DNA of 41,941 nucleotides from a virus: UHGV virus genome UHGV-2134446; one strand, 5' to 3'. Shown piece by piece: positions 33,931 to 41,941 of this stretch (position 1 is its first letter; each line of letters starts with the position of its first letter). The notes under the pieces were generated by a model. It saw only the letters and a program-made list of their open reading frames with translations, ran no database searches and was not told where the DNA came from. The position numbers and the translations under genes were made by a program.

Positions 33931-35106
33931 TTACTCCCCCGAGCCACCTTGTGCTGGCGTAAAGTCTAAATCATAGACTTGAGCAGCATCGTTGTTCGTT
34001 GGGTAGCCATTACCCAACATATCAATTGCGTAAAGAGTTGCACGTTTCATCGCAAAAGTTTCTTTGTAAACATACACTTTTTCAGGGCGAGATTGCGTTG
34101 CCTCATATTCGCCGCCAACAAATGCGATCAATTTATTTTCTGGTACATCAACAGACTCAATAATATGATCAACATTGATGAACGGCATGTTTGAACCGTA
34201 TACGTTGTTAAGGTTCGCAAAAGTTACTGCAGCAATAATATCGTAGTAGTTGACTGGATTAACAATCAAATATACATTCCCAGATACTTTTCGGTATTCA
34301 GTAGTTCCAGCATCGTTTTTATCGATTTTATAAGTGTACTTAGACAATTTCTTCATTACACCAGCAAGTTCGGAAACAATGGTACTTTTTGCAAATGTCA
34401 AAGTTCCGGCTGCTGCCTTATCAGGATATTCACCACCAGTTACTGCACCGTCAAGATCTTTAAGCAAGCCTACAGGTTCATCGTTTCCTGTACCAGTGAT
34501 AACTTTTTCTGCCCAAATATCACGAACAGCTTCGGTTAAAGAAATGTTGATGAAACGATCAATCCAACGTGGACCCAAGTCAAGTGTGTCGTTCGAAATC
34601 AAGAAAAATGCAGTTAATGCAAGTTGAACAAATTCAGCAGCGCCAAACTTAGCGTCCAATTGTCCTTCTAAATCTTTGTGTAATGGCCCGAATACCGCAA
34701 CACCTGATCGACGAGCACGAATTACTTTGACCCGACCAACAGTAGGCGTAAAGTTGATGATACCTAAAATAGGATGATCTTTTTGCAAGTTTTCAAAGAC
34801 ACGTTCCAAAATAGTTTCTGGCCAAACCAGATCAGAATCAAACCCGCCAGTTTTAACTGCTTCGTTATAGAATTTTGTTTCTTCTGCAGTTAAGGTCGGA
34901 ATGCCGCGTGCTTCTAAGACACGATTATCAGTAACGTTTTTTAATTCGTTATATTCTTCCCGAACTTGTTTTCCTGCATCTTCTGCAATCGCAGTGACAT
35001 AAGCTTCTAAAGCATCATTTACTTGTTCAGGTGTTGCATCTTCTTTTGCAGAAATAGCGTTAAAGATTTTCTTCGCATCTGCAGTTTTGTCTGTAATTTT
35101 TAACAT
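33931..35106 (-). CDS. Major capsid protein, HK97 fold (391 aa)
   Basis: Size, position after ClpP-like protease, N-terminal delta-domain-like helical region. Confidence 0.85.
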   Translation of the reverse strand: MLKITDKTADAKKIFNAISAKEDATPEQVNDALEAYVTAIAEDAGKQVREEYNELKNVTDNRVLEARGIPTLTAEETKFYNEAVKTGGFDSDLVWPETILERVFENLQKDHPILGIINFTPTVGRVKVIRARRSGVAVFGPLHKDLEGQLDAKFGAAEFVQLALTAFFLISNDTLDLGPRWIDRFINISLTEAVRDIWAEKVITGTGNDEPVGLLKDLDGAVTGGEYPDKAAAGTLTFAKSTIVSELAGVMKKLSKYTYKIDKNDAGTTEYRKVSGNVYLIVNPVNYYDIIAAVTFANLNNVYGSNMPFINVDHIIESVDVPENKLIAFVGGEYEATQSRPEKVYVYKETFAMKRATLYAIDMLGNGYPTNNDAAQVYDLDFTPAQGGSGE

Positions 35107-35109
35107 AAT

Positions 35110-35847
35110 TTATTCTCCTTTTCGCAATCGTGCGATTAATGATTTTGGTTTTGGTTCTTGTTCAACTTGATTTGTTACAGGTTGACTTAAACTAGCCATA
35201 GCAACTGCAACGGCATCTTGAATCATTGAAGCAATATCCTGCGGTTCATCTTGAGATTCGGCACGTTTAACAGAATTAGCAAATCCGAATTCGACTGCTT
35301 CGTCTGCCGTGAACCATTTTTCTTCATTCATCCATTCACGCAACTGATCAGCTGATTGACCGGTCTTGTCTGAATAAATTGCTAAAATTGAATCATCAAT
35401 AGTTTCTAAAGCGTTCAGCGTTTTTTGGATATCCTGTTTATTGCCCCAAGCGAATGTTGAAGCTTCGTGAATCATCAATGATGTACCAACGTTCATAATC
35501 ACTTCATCAGCACCAGCAATGATAAAGGTTGCGGCGCTTGCTGCTAAACCAGTCACTTCGACAGTGACGTTTGACGAATGATCTTTCAGATAATTGTAAA
35601 TTTCAATCCCTTCGAATACGTCACCGCCAGGACTATTCAGTTTTATCACGATATCATCTGTGACTTTATCCAGTGATTCTCGGATATCTTTCGCATTAAT
35701 GACATCATCATCACGCCAGTATTTCTTTTGCACATTACCACTCAAGGTGAGAATGTGCTTACCATTTTGGATCTCGTTGGTAAATTGAAACGGTACTTTT
35801 TTAACTTTCGGCATTTTCGTTCTCACCCCCTTTCGATGTTTCTTCAT
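35110..35847 (-). CDS. Prohead protease, ClpP family
   Basis: NSPGGDVFEGIEIYNYL ClpP serine protease motif. Confidence 0.85.
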   Translation of the reverse strand: MKKHRKGVRTKMPKVKKVPFQFTNEIQNGKHILTLSGNVQKKYWRDDDVINAKDIRESLDKVTDDIVIKLNSPGGDVFEGIEIYNYLKDHSSNVTVEVTGLAASAATFIIAGADEVIMNVGTSLMIHEASTFAWGNKQDIQKTLNALETIDDSILAIYSDKTGQSADQLREWMNEEKWFTADEAVEFGFANSVKRAESQDEPQDIASMIQDAVAVAMASLSQPVTNQVEQEPKPKSLIARLRKGE

Positions 35848-36973
35848 AGTTCTTGGTCATGTTAATTTTCTTGCCTTCACCGTTTGGTAATTCATCGTAG
35901 TCAAATACGTCACGGACTTCATCCACATAGAACGCGCCTGAAGAAGCGACTTTATCTAATTGCGTTGCTTTCTCTATGATGCTGACTGGCAATACTTTAG
36001 AAACTTTGATACGCTCGCCTTTTTGATATTCTTTTTTTGTAATGATTTTGGCCATCAACTCATCCTGAAGCTTCTTCATCAGCGGAACAATACAAAGTTT
36101 ACGAAAAGCATCTAGATTAGAATCAAGGTCAGCTTTTTCACCATAAATAAGCGCCGTAGGAACTCCTATGGCGTTGGCTACATCATCTATCAACGATGTT
36201 TTCATTTTGTTCAGCTCATCTAGTGATTGATTGGAAACCCCTTGTTTGTTGGTGTATTCCTCGTACTCGAATCCTTTGATTTTTGCTACAATTGCTACGG
36301 ATTTTGTTTTGAATGCATTGTAGACCTTGTCAATATACTCTTGTAATCTTTGACTTCGTGTCTTGCCGTCTTTTCCTTTTTCTTCGTTAATACTTCCGGT
36401 CGAATCGATAGACACCGATCCACGAATTTGATTGTTTCGCATTGCAATTTCAATGATTCGCCCAAATAACTCGGAATAGTCCTCGAACAAGCCTTTTGTA
36501 AAACGATCAAGTTTATCATTGTTGTATTCAATGTAGATCACATCTGACATATTGAAGCTTTTTTGAAACACATAGTTCTTTACTGTTACTCCAGTGAACA
36601 CGTCATCATAAACGGCATATTCGGTACGAGAAAAATCATCAGCGATCAGCAATTGGTTATCTTCAGTAAAAATGACCAGCACTTCGTTATCGTCCATAAG
36701 TCGGTAGAAAAACTTTTCCCAGAACGTTGCAGCCGACATATCATTGTTGGGTCGAACATTCAAAATGTATTCCCAGTCAGCAGTACCATCTTTGTTTTTG
36801 AACTTTACTTCCAGTGTGGACATTGTCCTTGCGACAAAATCTAACACTGTATTCTTTGCCATAATTTTTAGATATGCTCGAGCGGACTCATCATCACCAT
36901 AGACGAGATCAGGAATCCAGTCCGAAGGTTCTTCATTCCGGATGGACTGCTTAAAGACATCAAATAAACTCAC
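35801..36973 (-). CDS. Portal protein (HK97 family), GTG start
   Basis: 390 aa, position between terminase and protease; SD aaaggtggtga. Confidence 0.85.
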   Translation of the reverse strand: MSLFDVFKQSIRNEEPSDWIPDLVYGDDESARAYLKIMAKNTVLDFVARTMSTLEVKFKNKDGTADWEYILNVRPNNDMSAATFWEKFFYRLMDDNEVLVIFTEDNQLLIADDFSRTEYAVYDDVFTGVTVKNYVFQKSFNMSDVIYIEYNNDKLDRFTKGLFEDYSELFGRIIEIAMRNNQIRGSVSIDSTGSINEEKGKDGKTRSQRLQEYIDKVYNAFKTKSVAIVAKIKGFEYEEYTNKQGVSNQSLDELNKMKTSLIDDVANAIGVPTALIYGEKADLDSNLDAFRKLCIVPLMKKLQDELMAKIITKKEYQKGERIKVSKVLPVSIIEKATQLDKVASSGAFYVDEVRDVFDYDELPNGEGKKINMTKNYEETSKGGENENAES

Positions 36974-37017
36974 ATATTTTCACCACCTTTCAATTGGGTT
37001 AGATATATGGATCACCT

Positions 37018-37179
37018 TCACTTTCCGGCAAATCGCCTACCTGATTTATTTTGGATCTTTTCAGGTGGTTTCTTCTTGTAACCCAAAGGTGTTGTAGTTA
37101 CTGTAGTGAAATAAACGATGTTACCAGCCATTACGTTTTTTGTTTTTCGCTCAAGGTTTAGATATTGCGGTTTATACAT
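37018..37179 (-). CDS. Possible small basic protein (53 aa) between terL and portal
   Basis: ATG immediately after previous small ORF stop; MYKPQYLNLERKTKNVMAGNIVYFTTVTTTPLGYKKKPPEKIQNKSGRRFAGK. Confidence 0.25.
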   Translation of the reverse strand: MYKPQYLNLERKTKNVMAGNIVYFTTVTTTPLGYKKKPPEKIQNKSGRRFAGK

Positions 37180-37188
37180 AATGATCAC

Positions 37189-37317
37189 TCACTTTCTGCG
37201 TGAAACCCATTCAATCAATATTGCAATAAATAAAATAAACAAAAATATCGGTATCAGAATATACCAGTATTTAATAAAAAATTCTCTTTCGGTTAAATGA
37301 ATCCAATCACTGAACAT
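37189..37317 (-). CDS. Possible small TM protein (42 aa) right after terL
   Basis: ATG 17 nt after terL stop; MFSDWIHLTEREFFIKYWYILIPIFLFILFIAILIEWVSRRK. Confidence 0.3.
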   Translation of the reverse strand: MFSDWIHLTEREFFIKYWYILIPIFLFILFIAILIEWVSRRK

Positions 37318-37333
37318 AACCTAGCCTCGCTTT

Positions 37334-39016
37334 CTAAAACTCAATTTCATCCAACATGTCAAATGCATCATCATAGTCGTAGTCGATGATTTCATCAGCA
37401 CGCCATAGGCAGTATTCAAAAGCTTTGAAACCGTCTGTCTTACGTCGAACCTCTTCTTTTTTCTTGTATGATTTGTTGCCGTCGCCATTGGTTTTCACGA
37501 GTACATTGTTCGTATACCAGCGCATCAATGGATTATTACCAAAGATAATGTGATTATTTGCAAATGCATCTTCAATCCTTGGCGCTAATAAATTATCTGC
37601 AGCTGTTGGATTTCTGATCACTTCGATTTCAAATCCTTCCTCCAAAAACAATGGTCGTAATAAATCCATACGGAAATTATCGGCTACTATTTTCGTTATG
37701 CCGTATTTTTCACGTTGCTCAACAAACCAACCAACAACTGTTTTTGGGTCGATTGTGGGCCCATCTATAACCGTCAGCAATCCTTTTTCCTCCCATTCCC
37801 TTATGGGTGCAAATTTTTCTTTTGTAGTTTCAGAAGCTTTACGAGAATACCCGTAGTAAATGTCCACAAATTGCTTTCTAACGAACGAATGGGTCTTGAA
37901 CACATAATCATCCCCATCACGAAACAAAAGCCCACAAGCGGCGAAATCACGCAGACTGGCATAATCTAAACCGCCAATGGCTTGTTTGCCGATTAGGTTT
38001 GTTGGGAATGGTCTGTTTGTTGCCAGAATCTCTTCACGACTAGCCACCGATCGTTCTAAGTCTGTGACAGGTAAATTCATACGTTTAGTCATGAACTCTT
38101 CTCGGTTGCTTGGATCGTCTTCCAAATCCTCGTATTCTTCCATAACAGTTTCGTAAAGATTGTCCGCATACTCAGATAGTGGCTGATGAAACATAGGATT
38201 TGCCAACTCCCAATTGTCAGGATCATTGACCTGGTCTTCTGAATCAAGTTTGCAAATGAAAGGAAAAAGAGCATTGAATCGGACTGAACCGCTCAACACT
38301 CTTTTCGCTTTTTCTTTCATGTTGTCCAAGAATCCCTCACGAACATAACCGTCAGTACCCACATAAAACTCCCTCGGGTTCGGACGTTTACCAAGCCCAC
38401 TAATATGGACTTTTACATCTTTGTTCGATTCGTATCGATGGATTTCATCAAAAGCTACTGCTCCATCACGCAATCCATCTTTTGTATCGCCATTACTAGT
38501 ACGGAATTTTATTTTACTTCCAGTCTTTTTGCTGGTGATCACTGACTTCCCATATTCGAAAGCTTTTTGTAACGTCTTATTCCGTTTGATTGTATTGTAT
38601 ATTTCTTCGAATGAAGTTTTCGCTTGATCTTCACTATTAGCTACAATCGAAACGTTGTAGTCCATGATGCCGTGCATTTCAGTTTGAAGGAAGTTTAGAA
38701 CAACTGATAGCAGCCCGTTTTTACCACCACCACGGCCAAACATCCAAAGAAACTTACGATAAACATTCCGGTCATTCTTTTTGAAATAAAAAAAGATAAA
38801 TGCGATTAAGAACTTCTGGAATGGCTGCATTGGGAAATACCATTTCTCACCATAAGCAATGCACTTATCAATCATCACATCATCGAAGTAAACATCATCC
38901 CGACTAAGAACATCACGTTCTAAATACTCAATTAAGTCTGCTCGCTCTTTGTTAAACTTTATTTTCCCCGATTTGAATTGTTCGATATAGTAATCAACGT
39001 GTTTTTGATGAATCAT
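37334..39016 (-). CDS. terL: Terminase large subunit (560 aa)
   Basis: Walker-A-like FGRGGGKNG ATPase motif in N-terminal half, size, position before portal. Confidence 0.9.
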   Translation of the reverse strand: MIHQKHVDYYIEQFKSGKIKFNKERADLIEYLERDVLSRDDVYFDDVMIDKCIAYGEKWYFPMQPFQKFLIAFIFFYFKKNDRNVYRKFLWMFGRGGGKNGLLSVVLNFLQTEMHGIMDYNVSIVANSEDQAKTSFEEIYNTIKRNKTLQKAFEYGKSVITSKKTGSKIKFRTSNGDTKDGLRDGAVAFDEIHRYESNKDVKVHISGLGKRPNPREFYVGTDGYVREGFLDNMKEKAKRVLSGSVRFNALFPFICKLDSEDQVNDPDNWELANPMFHQPLSEYADNLYETVMEEYEDLEDDPSNREEFMTKRMNLPVTDLERSVASREEILATNRPFPTNLIGKQAIGGLDYASLRDFAACGLLFRDGDDYVFKTHSFVRKQFVDIYYGYSRKASETTKEKFAPIREWEEKGLLTVIDGPTIDPKTVVGWFVEQREKYGITKIVADNFRMDLLRPLFLEEGFEIEVIRNPTAADNLLAPRIEDAFANNHIIFGNNPLMRWYTNNVLVKTNGDGNKSYKKKEEVRRKTDGFKAFEYCLWRADEIIDYDYDDAFDMLDEIEF

Positions 39017-39330
39017 GTTAGATCACTCTCATCGTAATCATCTTGATTATCAGTGACTACTTTACCGTTCAAATCATCAAGGTTAAGGTCTTTACCAAGA
39101 GCAATAATTGCACGAGAAATCGTAACTTTTTGAGCGATTGCTGGGTTAGTTTTAAGATACGTTTGAGTGCCGTTAAAGCCTTCGACAATTGGTCCGTATT
39201 GCTTAACAGCTTTATCCATTTTTCGATAAAGCCTAACTAAATCAAGGTATCTCTCAACTTTTTCAAGTTCCATCTGATCGTTTACGTCAATCTGTCTCAG
39301 CAACTGTTTCTTTAAATCTGACATCTTCAA
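39013..39330 (-). CDS. terS: Terminase small subunit, P27-family-like (105 aa), TTG start
   Basis: YLKTNPAIAQKVTISRAIIALGKDL resembles P27 small terminase core; overlaps terL start by 4 nt. Confidence 0.7.
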   Translation of the reverse strand: MKMSDLKKQLLRQIDVNDQMELEKVERYLDLVRLYRKMDKAVKQYGPIVEGFNGTQTYLKTNPAIAQKVTISRAIIALGKDLNLDDLNGKVVTDNQDDYDESDLT

Positions 39331-39467
39331 AGGCTCTCACCCCCCTAGCAAAAAAATTTTAGTCATAAATTTGGACAGTTGACCCCTCCCACCGGTTCCC
39401 TAGAATGGGATTTGACCCCGAAATAATTCGACCGGGGGTATGTTTGTCCCCACTTTGGTTTGATTTT
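39331..39467. other. Probable cos (cohesive end / terminase recognition) region: GC-rich island upstream of terS
   Basis: Clusters of G/C runs (ccccctagc, gacccctcccaccgg, gaccccg, cgaccgggggtatgtttgtcccc) in an AT-rich genome; HNH endonuclease just upstream as in HK97-like cos phages. Confidence 0.4.
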
Positions 39468-39707
39468 CTAATCATTTTTGGGATTCTGTTCTGTGAAAAC
39501 ATTGTCTACATAATCAATGCCAATCGATAGTACATTGCATACAAGCTCATCAGACCGCAACAAGTTCCAAGTATCTTCGACTCGTCCATCAACCAGTGAT
39601 ATACTTCCCTCGGTTACTGCTGATCTTAACCGATGCAAATTACCAATAGCTTTGTCAATTAAATTCTGATCAAGTTCTTTCTTGTTTGCTATTGCGTCCT
39701 TACTCAT
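39468..39707 (-). CDS. Hypothetical protein (79 aa)
   Basis: ORF in late operon. Confidence 0.5.
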   Translation of the reverse strand: MSKDAIANKKELDQNLIDKAIGNLHRLRSAVTEGSISLVDGRVEDTWNLLRSDELVCNVLSIGIDYVDNVFTEQNPKND

Positions 39708-40021
39708 TGATTCATTACCTCCCCATTGGCTCGATCAATAGATAATACTTTCTGTTTAGGATCATCATTAGTCATATAAATAAATGTAGCCACATTGGTT
39801 CCCTTACCCCATGCATGGCTTGTTACATAGTGGTTCGTCATTGATACAACCCCAACCTCTTGGCCTTTGATATAAAGCTTAGGTACTTTCCCATTCAAAT
39901 CGAAGCTAACGTCTTCGCTATTCAATCTCAACACTCCCTCATATTCAATCCCAGTAACATGTAAAACAGGACCAGAATCATCATACTTGTAGAATAATCT
40001 TTTCAAAATACCTACCACCAC
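39704..40021 (-). CDS. Hypothetical protein (105 aa)
   Basis: ORF in late operon. Confidence 0.5.
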   Translation of the reverse strand: MVVGILKRLFYKYDDSGPVLHVTGIEYEGVLRLNSEDVSFDLNGKVPKLYIKGQEVGVVSMTNHYVTSHAWGKGTNVATFIYMTNDDPKQKVLSIDRANGEVMNQ

Positions 40022-40326
40022 TCATCGTCCCACTTTCTTTTCTTTGGTTGCCCACGATAGTTCATTCGATCGTGTCGGCGATTATGGCAGTCCTTGCATA
40101 ACGTTCTTAGGTTGTCTGGATCAAACGCAAGCTCTGGATTTGTTTCCAATTCTTTGATGTGATCAACCTCCAATATCGAATCATACTGTGTGGTCAGTCT
40201 GCCTTCGGCTTTACACCACAAGCATTCGTAGTGATCTCTCTCAAGTATTGCCTGCCTTAGGTTGCGCCACTTAGTCGATCCATAAAACCTAGCTCGATCT
40301 GCTTTGGTTTTGACAACAGGTATCAT
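40012..40326 (-). CDS. HNH endonuclease (packaging-associated)
   Basis: CLWCKAEGRL...LEVDHIKELETNPELAFDPDNLRTLCKDCHNRRH HNH motif. Confidence 0.85.
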   Translation of the reverse strand: MIPVVKTKADRARFYGSTKWRNLRQAILERDHYECLWCKAEGRLTTQYDSILEVDHIKELETNPELAFDPDNLRTLCKDCHNRRHDRMNYRGQPKKRKWDDEWW

Positions 40327-40661
40327 TGTTCTTTTGCTAATTGCTCTGTGTAGATAGTGATCAACGCACGCTGCACTTGTAAGATTCCATCTACTCCAAG
40401 CTGAGTAACATCCAACTTCATTCGCTCTTTCAGAAGCGTTGCGTTGACAGGTGCCCCAAGTGATCGCTTCATCATGTAATAGTTCAGTGCTGCAAGTTCA
40501 TCTACCTTCAGTCCGTAAGCCGTAATGATCTTCCAAAACAAATCAGCGATTGCATCCATGTCCTTATCTTCTCGTAACTGAGTCAGCATCTTGATAAAGT
40601 AATCTTGTTTTGCTGGAACAGATTTCTTTTTATGGTCTTGTGGTTTCTTCATTTTTATCAC
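40323..40661 (-). CDS. Hypothetical basic protein (112 aa)
   Basis: ORF in late operon. Confidence 0.5.
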   Translation of the reverse strand: MIKMKKPQDHKKKSVPAKQDYFIKMLTQLREDKDMDAIADLFWKIITAYGLKVDELAALNYYMMKRSLGAPVNATLLKERMKLDVTQLGVDGILQVQRALITIYTEQLAKEQ

Positions 40662-40718
40662 TCCTTAGACATAATTAAAGACCACTCTATGAGTGGTCTA
40701 ATGTTTTTGTCTTCAATT

Positions 40719-41300
40719 TTACATATTCCTAAACCTATCAAACGCTTCTTCATCTTGAACGATTTTAAGAATTTCAAGTTCTCTCTCTAGTGCTAGTTCA
40801 TTGTATTTTTGCAGTCTATTCTTATTCGATCCATTTATAATGTTCTTCAATAAATCCGTCAATGGTTCTCCAATTCCTTGCTTGAAATTAAACCCTATGA
40901 GCTGAAGTACATTTAATGTTTGAATAGAAAGCAGAGATTTGAAAGCATCTAAAGATTCTATAAGCTTTATTGTTTTTTGTTTTTCATTTTCATCATCTTG
41001 AGTACGTGCTATTTCCTGTAAGAATTGCTTAAGCATAGGTAAAACAGTATTAGAGATGAATTCTAAATCTTCATCACTAAGTTTCTGTGCGACGAACTCC
41101 TCTTGATATGCTTTTGCAATCGATTCTAGTTCTTGCTTGTCCTCTAAAAGCTCATAAATCAAGTCATTCATTTCAGCAATTATCTTTTTATCATCCCTAC
41201 TACTTTTGACAGCTTTAATCTTTGCTCCGATTGAAGTTGCCGTGCTTCTTACTGCTACCTCTGCAAGACGTGTGCTTAAATCAATTAAATGTGGATCCAT
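40719..41300 (-). CDS. Hypothetical helical protein (193 aa), first gene of late operon
   Basis: Long ORF after the 300-bp putative late-promoter region. Confidence 0.55.
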   Translation of the reverse strand: MDPHLIDLSTRLAEVAVRSTATSIGAKIKAVKSSRDDKKIIAEMNDLIYELLEDKQELESIAKAYQEEFVAQKLSDEDLEFISNTVLPMLKQFLQEIARTQDDENEKQKTIKLIESLDAFKSLLSIQTLNVLQLIGFNFKQGIGEPLTDLLKNIINGSNKNRLQKYNELALERELEILKIVQDEEAFDRFRNM

Positions 41301-41605
41301 TATTCGTCCTCTTCTCTAATACAATTTTGTACACTAACAATATATTACAAAGACAACAATGAAAGCAATAACAAAAAGACAGCACTAGCGAATTCTGAAA
41401 TAAGGAGATTCACCTCGATTCAAAAATTTGTGCTGTCTTTCTATATCAGTCAAAGAAGTAAAGCGATGAGGGATTAGCCCCCTTTCGGTATTTGGATTAG
41501 TGTGAGTAGTCCAATAACCGTCTCTCCGTTTCTTCTACGCTATTACTATAACCCGTTTAAATCAAGAAATATACACAGACTTTGAGGTCGCATTTTGTGG
41601 CAATG

Positions 41606-41941
41606 TCAAAATAAGCTCAACTGATCTTGGTCTGCTGAATAGTAGTCCATTTCTTCTTGCTTCTTTAAGCGTTCATCTCGCCGTGCCTCATACTCATCCA
41701 CGAATGATAATGTCTTGCGAATCTCTGTATGCCGCTTTCTTATATAAGATACGCTGTAACCTGTAGCATCTGCTATATCATACACATCCATGTCATCAAT
41801 ATACTTTAACTTTACAATTTGGACATCTGCTCCGCTGAATGAATCGATCAATTCCAACAGTTCGACTTTTTCTTTTTCAAGCAGCGCCAGTTCATTCTCT
41901 ATTATTCTAATGTTTTCTTCCAACGATGATGATCTTGAATT
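41606..41941 (-). CDS. C-terminal part of ArpU/RinA-like late transcriptional activator (sigma-70 region-4-like HTH); frame open to window end
   Basis: DVYDIADATGYSVSYIRKRHTEIRKTL HTH; ORF-track 'M' is a TTG; upstream in-frame codons NSRSSSL stay open to position 41941 and join the frame ending at position 1. Confidence 0.6.
   Translation of the reverse strand, partial: NSRSSSLEENIRIIENELALLEKEKVELLELIDSFSGADVQIVKLKYIDDMDVYDIADATGYSVSYIRKRHTEIRKTLSFVDEYEARRDERLKKQEEMDYYSADQDQLSLF

Larger units (their letters stand above)
1..41941. mobile_element. Complete temperate siphovirus genome (circularly permuted, roughly 41.9 kb), minus-strand late operon plus plus-strand lysogeny operon
   Basis: Full set of phage modules present (lysogeny, replication/recombination, packaging, HK97-like head, long tail with tape measure, lysis); an ORF is split in frame across window ends. 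Confidence 0.8.

Noticed and set aside
40323-40661. Initially considered as the small terminase because it precedes HNH
   Set aside because: The 105-aa ORF directly overlapping the terL start (39013..39330) has the P27-family-like core and is the better terS candidate.
1-41941. tRNA or rRNA genes
   Set aside because: No cloverleaf-compatible segments with a GTTCGAATC-type T-arm were seen by eye; cannot exclude without a dedicated tRNA scan.

Overview
The window reads as a complete, circularly closed temperate siphovirus genome of about 41.9 kb, from a low-GC Gram-positive (Lactobacillales-like) host. Its structural module is HK97-like, and an HNH endonuclease beside the small and large terminase genes suggests cos-type packaging. 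The minus strand carries the early genes from about 11.3 kb down to position 1: Cro-like regulator, RecT plus PD-(D/E)XK nuclease, DnaD-like organizer, DnaC-like loader, DUF1064 and YopX. It also carries the late operon from 41.9 kb down to 17.8 kb: ArpU-like activator, HNH, terS, terL, portal, ClpP-type protease, HK97 capsid, connectors, major tail protein, a -1 frameshifted chaperone, a 1383-aa tape measure, Dit/Tal, collagen-like fibres, holin and endolysin. The plus strand carries the lysogeny operon at 11.5-14.5 kb (XRE repressor, ImmA/IrrE protease, lipoprotein, tyrosine integrase). An ORF runs off position 1 and continues in frame from position 41941, so the window is one permuted circle. 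The integrase-to-lysin interval (14.5-17.8 kb) is an accessory island. It holds attP-like direct repeats, three overlapping small ORFs, and about 900 bp without long ORFs that is packed with promoter/terminator-bounded sRNA-like units (three on the minus strand, two long tandem repeats on the plus strand). It ends with an AT-rich, translationally coupled three-gene cassette whose last two genes look like a DUF4258/DUF2283-type toxin-antitoxin-like pair preceded by an unknown gene. This cassette is my best candidate for an undescribed defence or addiction module. Other points: a duplicated 44-bp promoter/5'UTR module driving two tiny hydrophobic peptide genes antisense in the early region; an antisense gene wedged between holin and endolysin with an SD-sequestering hairpin; and a GC-rich probable cos island upstream of terS. 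No rRNA, tRNA or CRISPR was recognised. Every protein-family assignment below is pattern recognition from the translated ORFs and has not been checked against a database.
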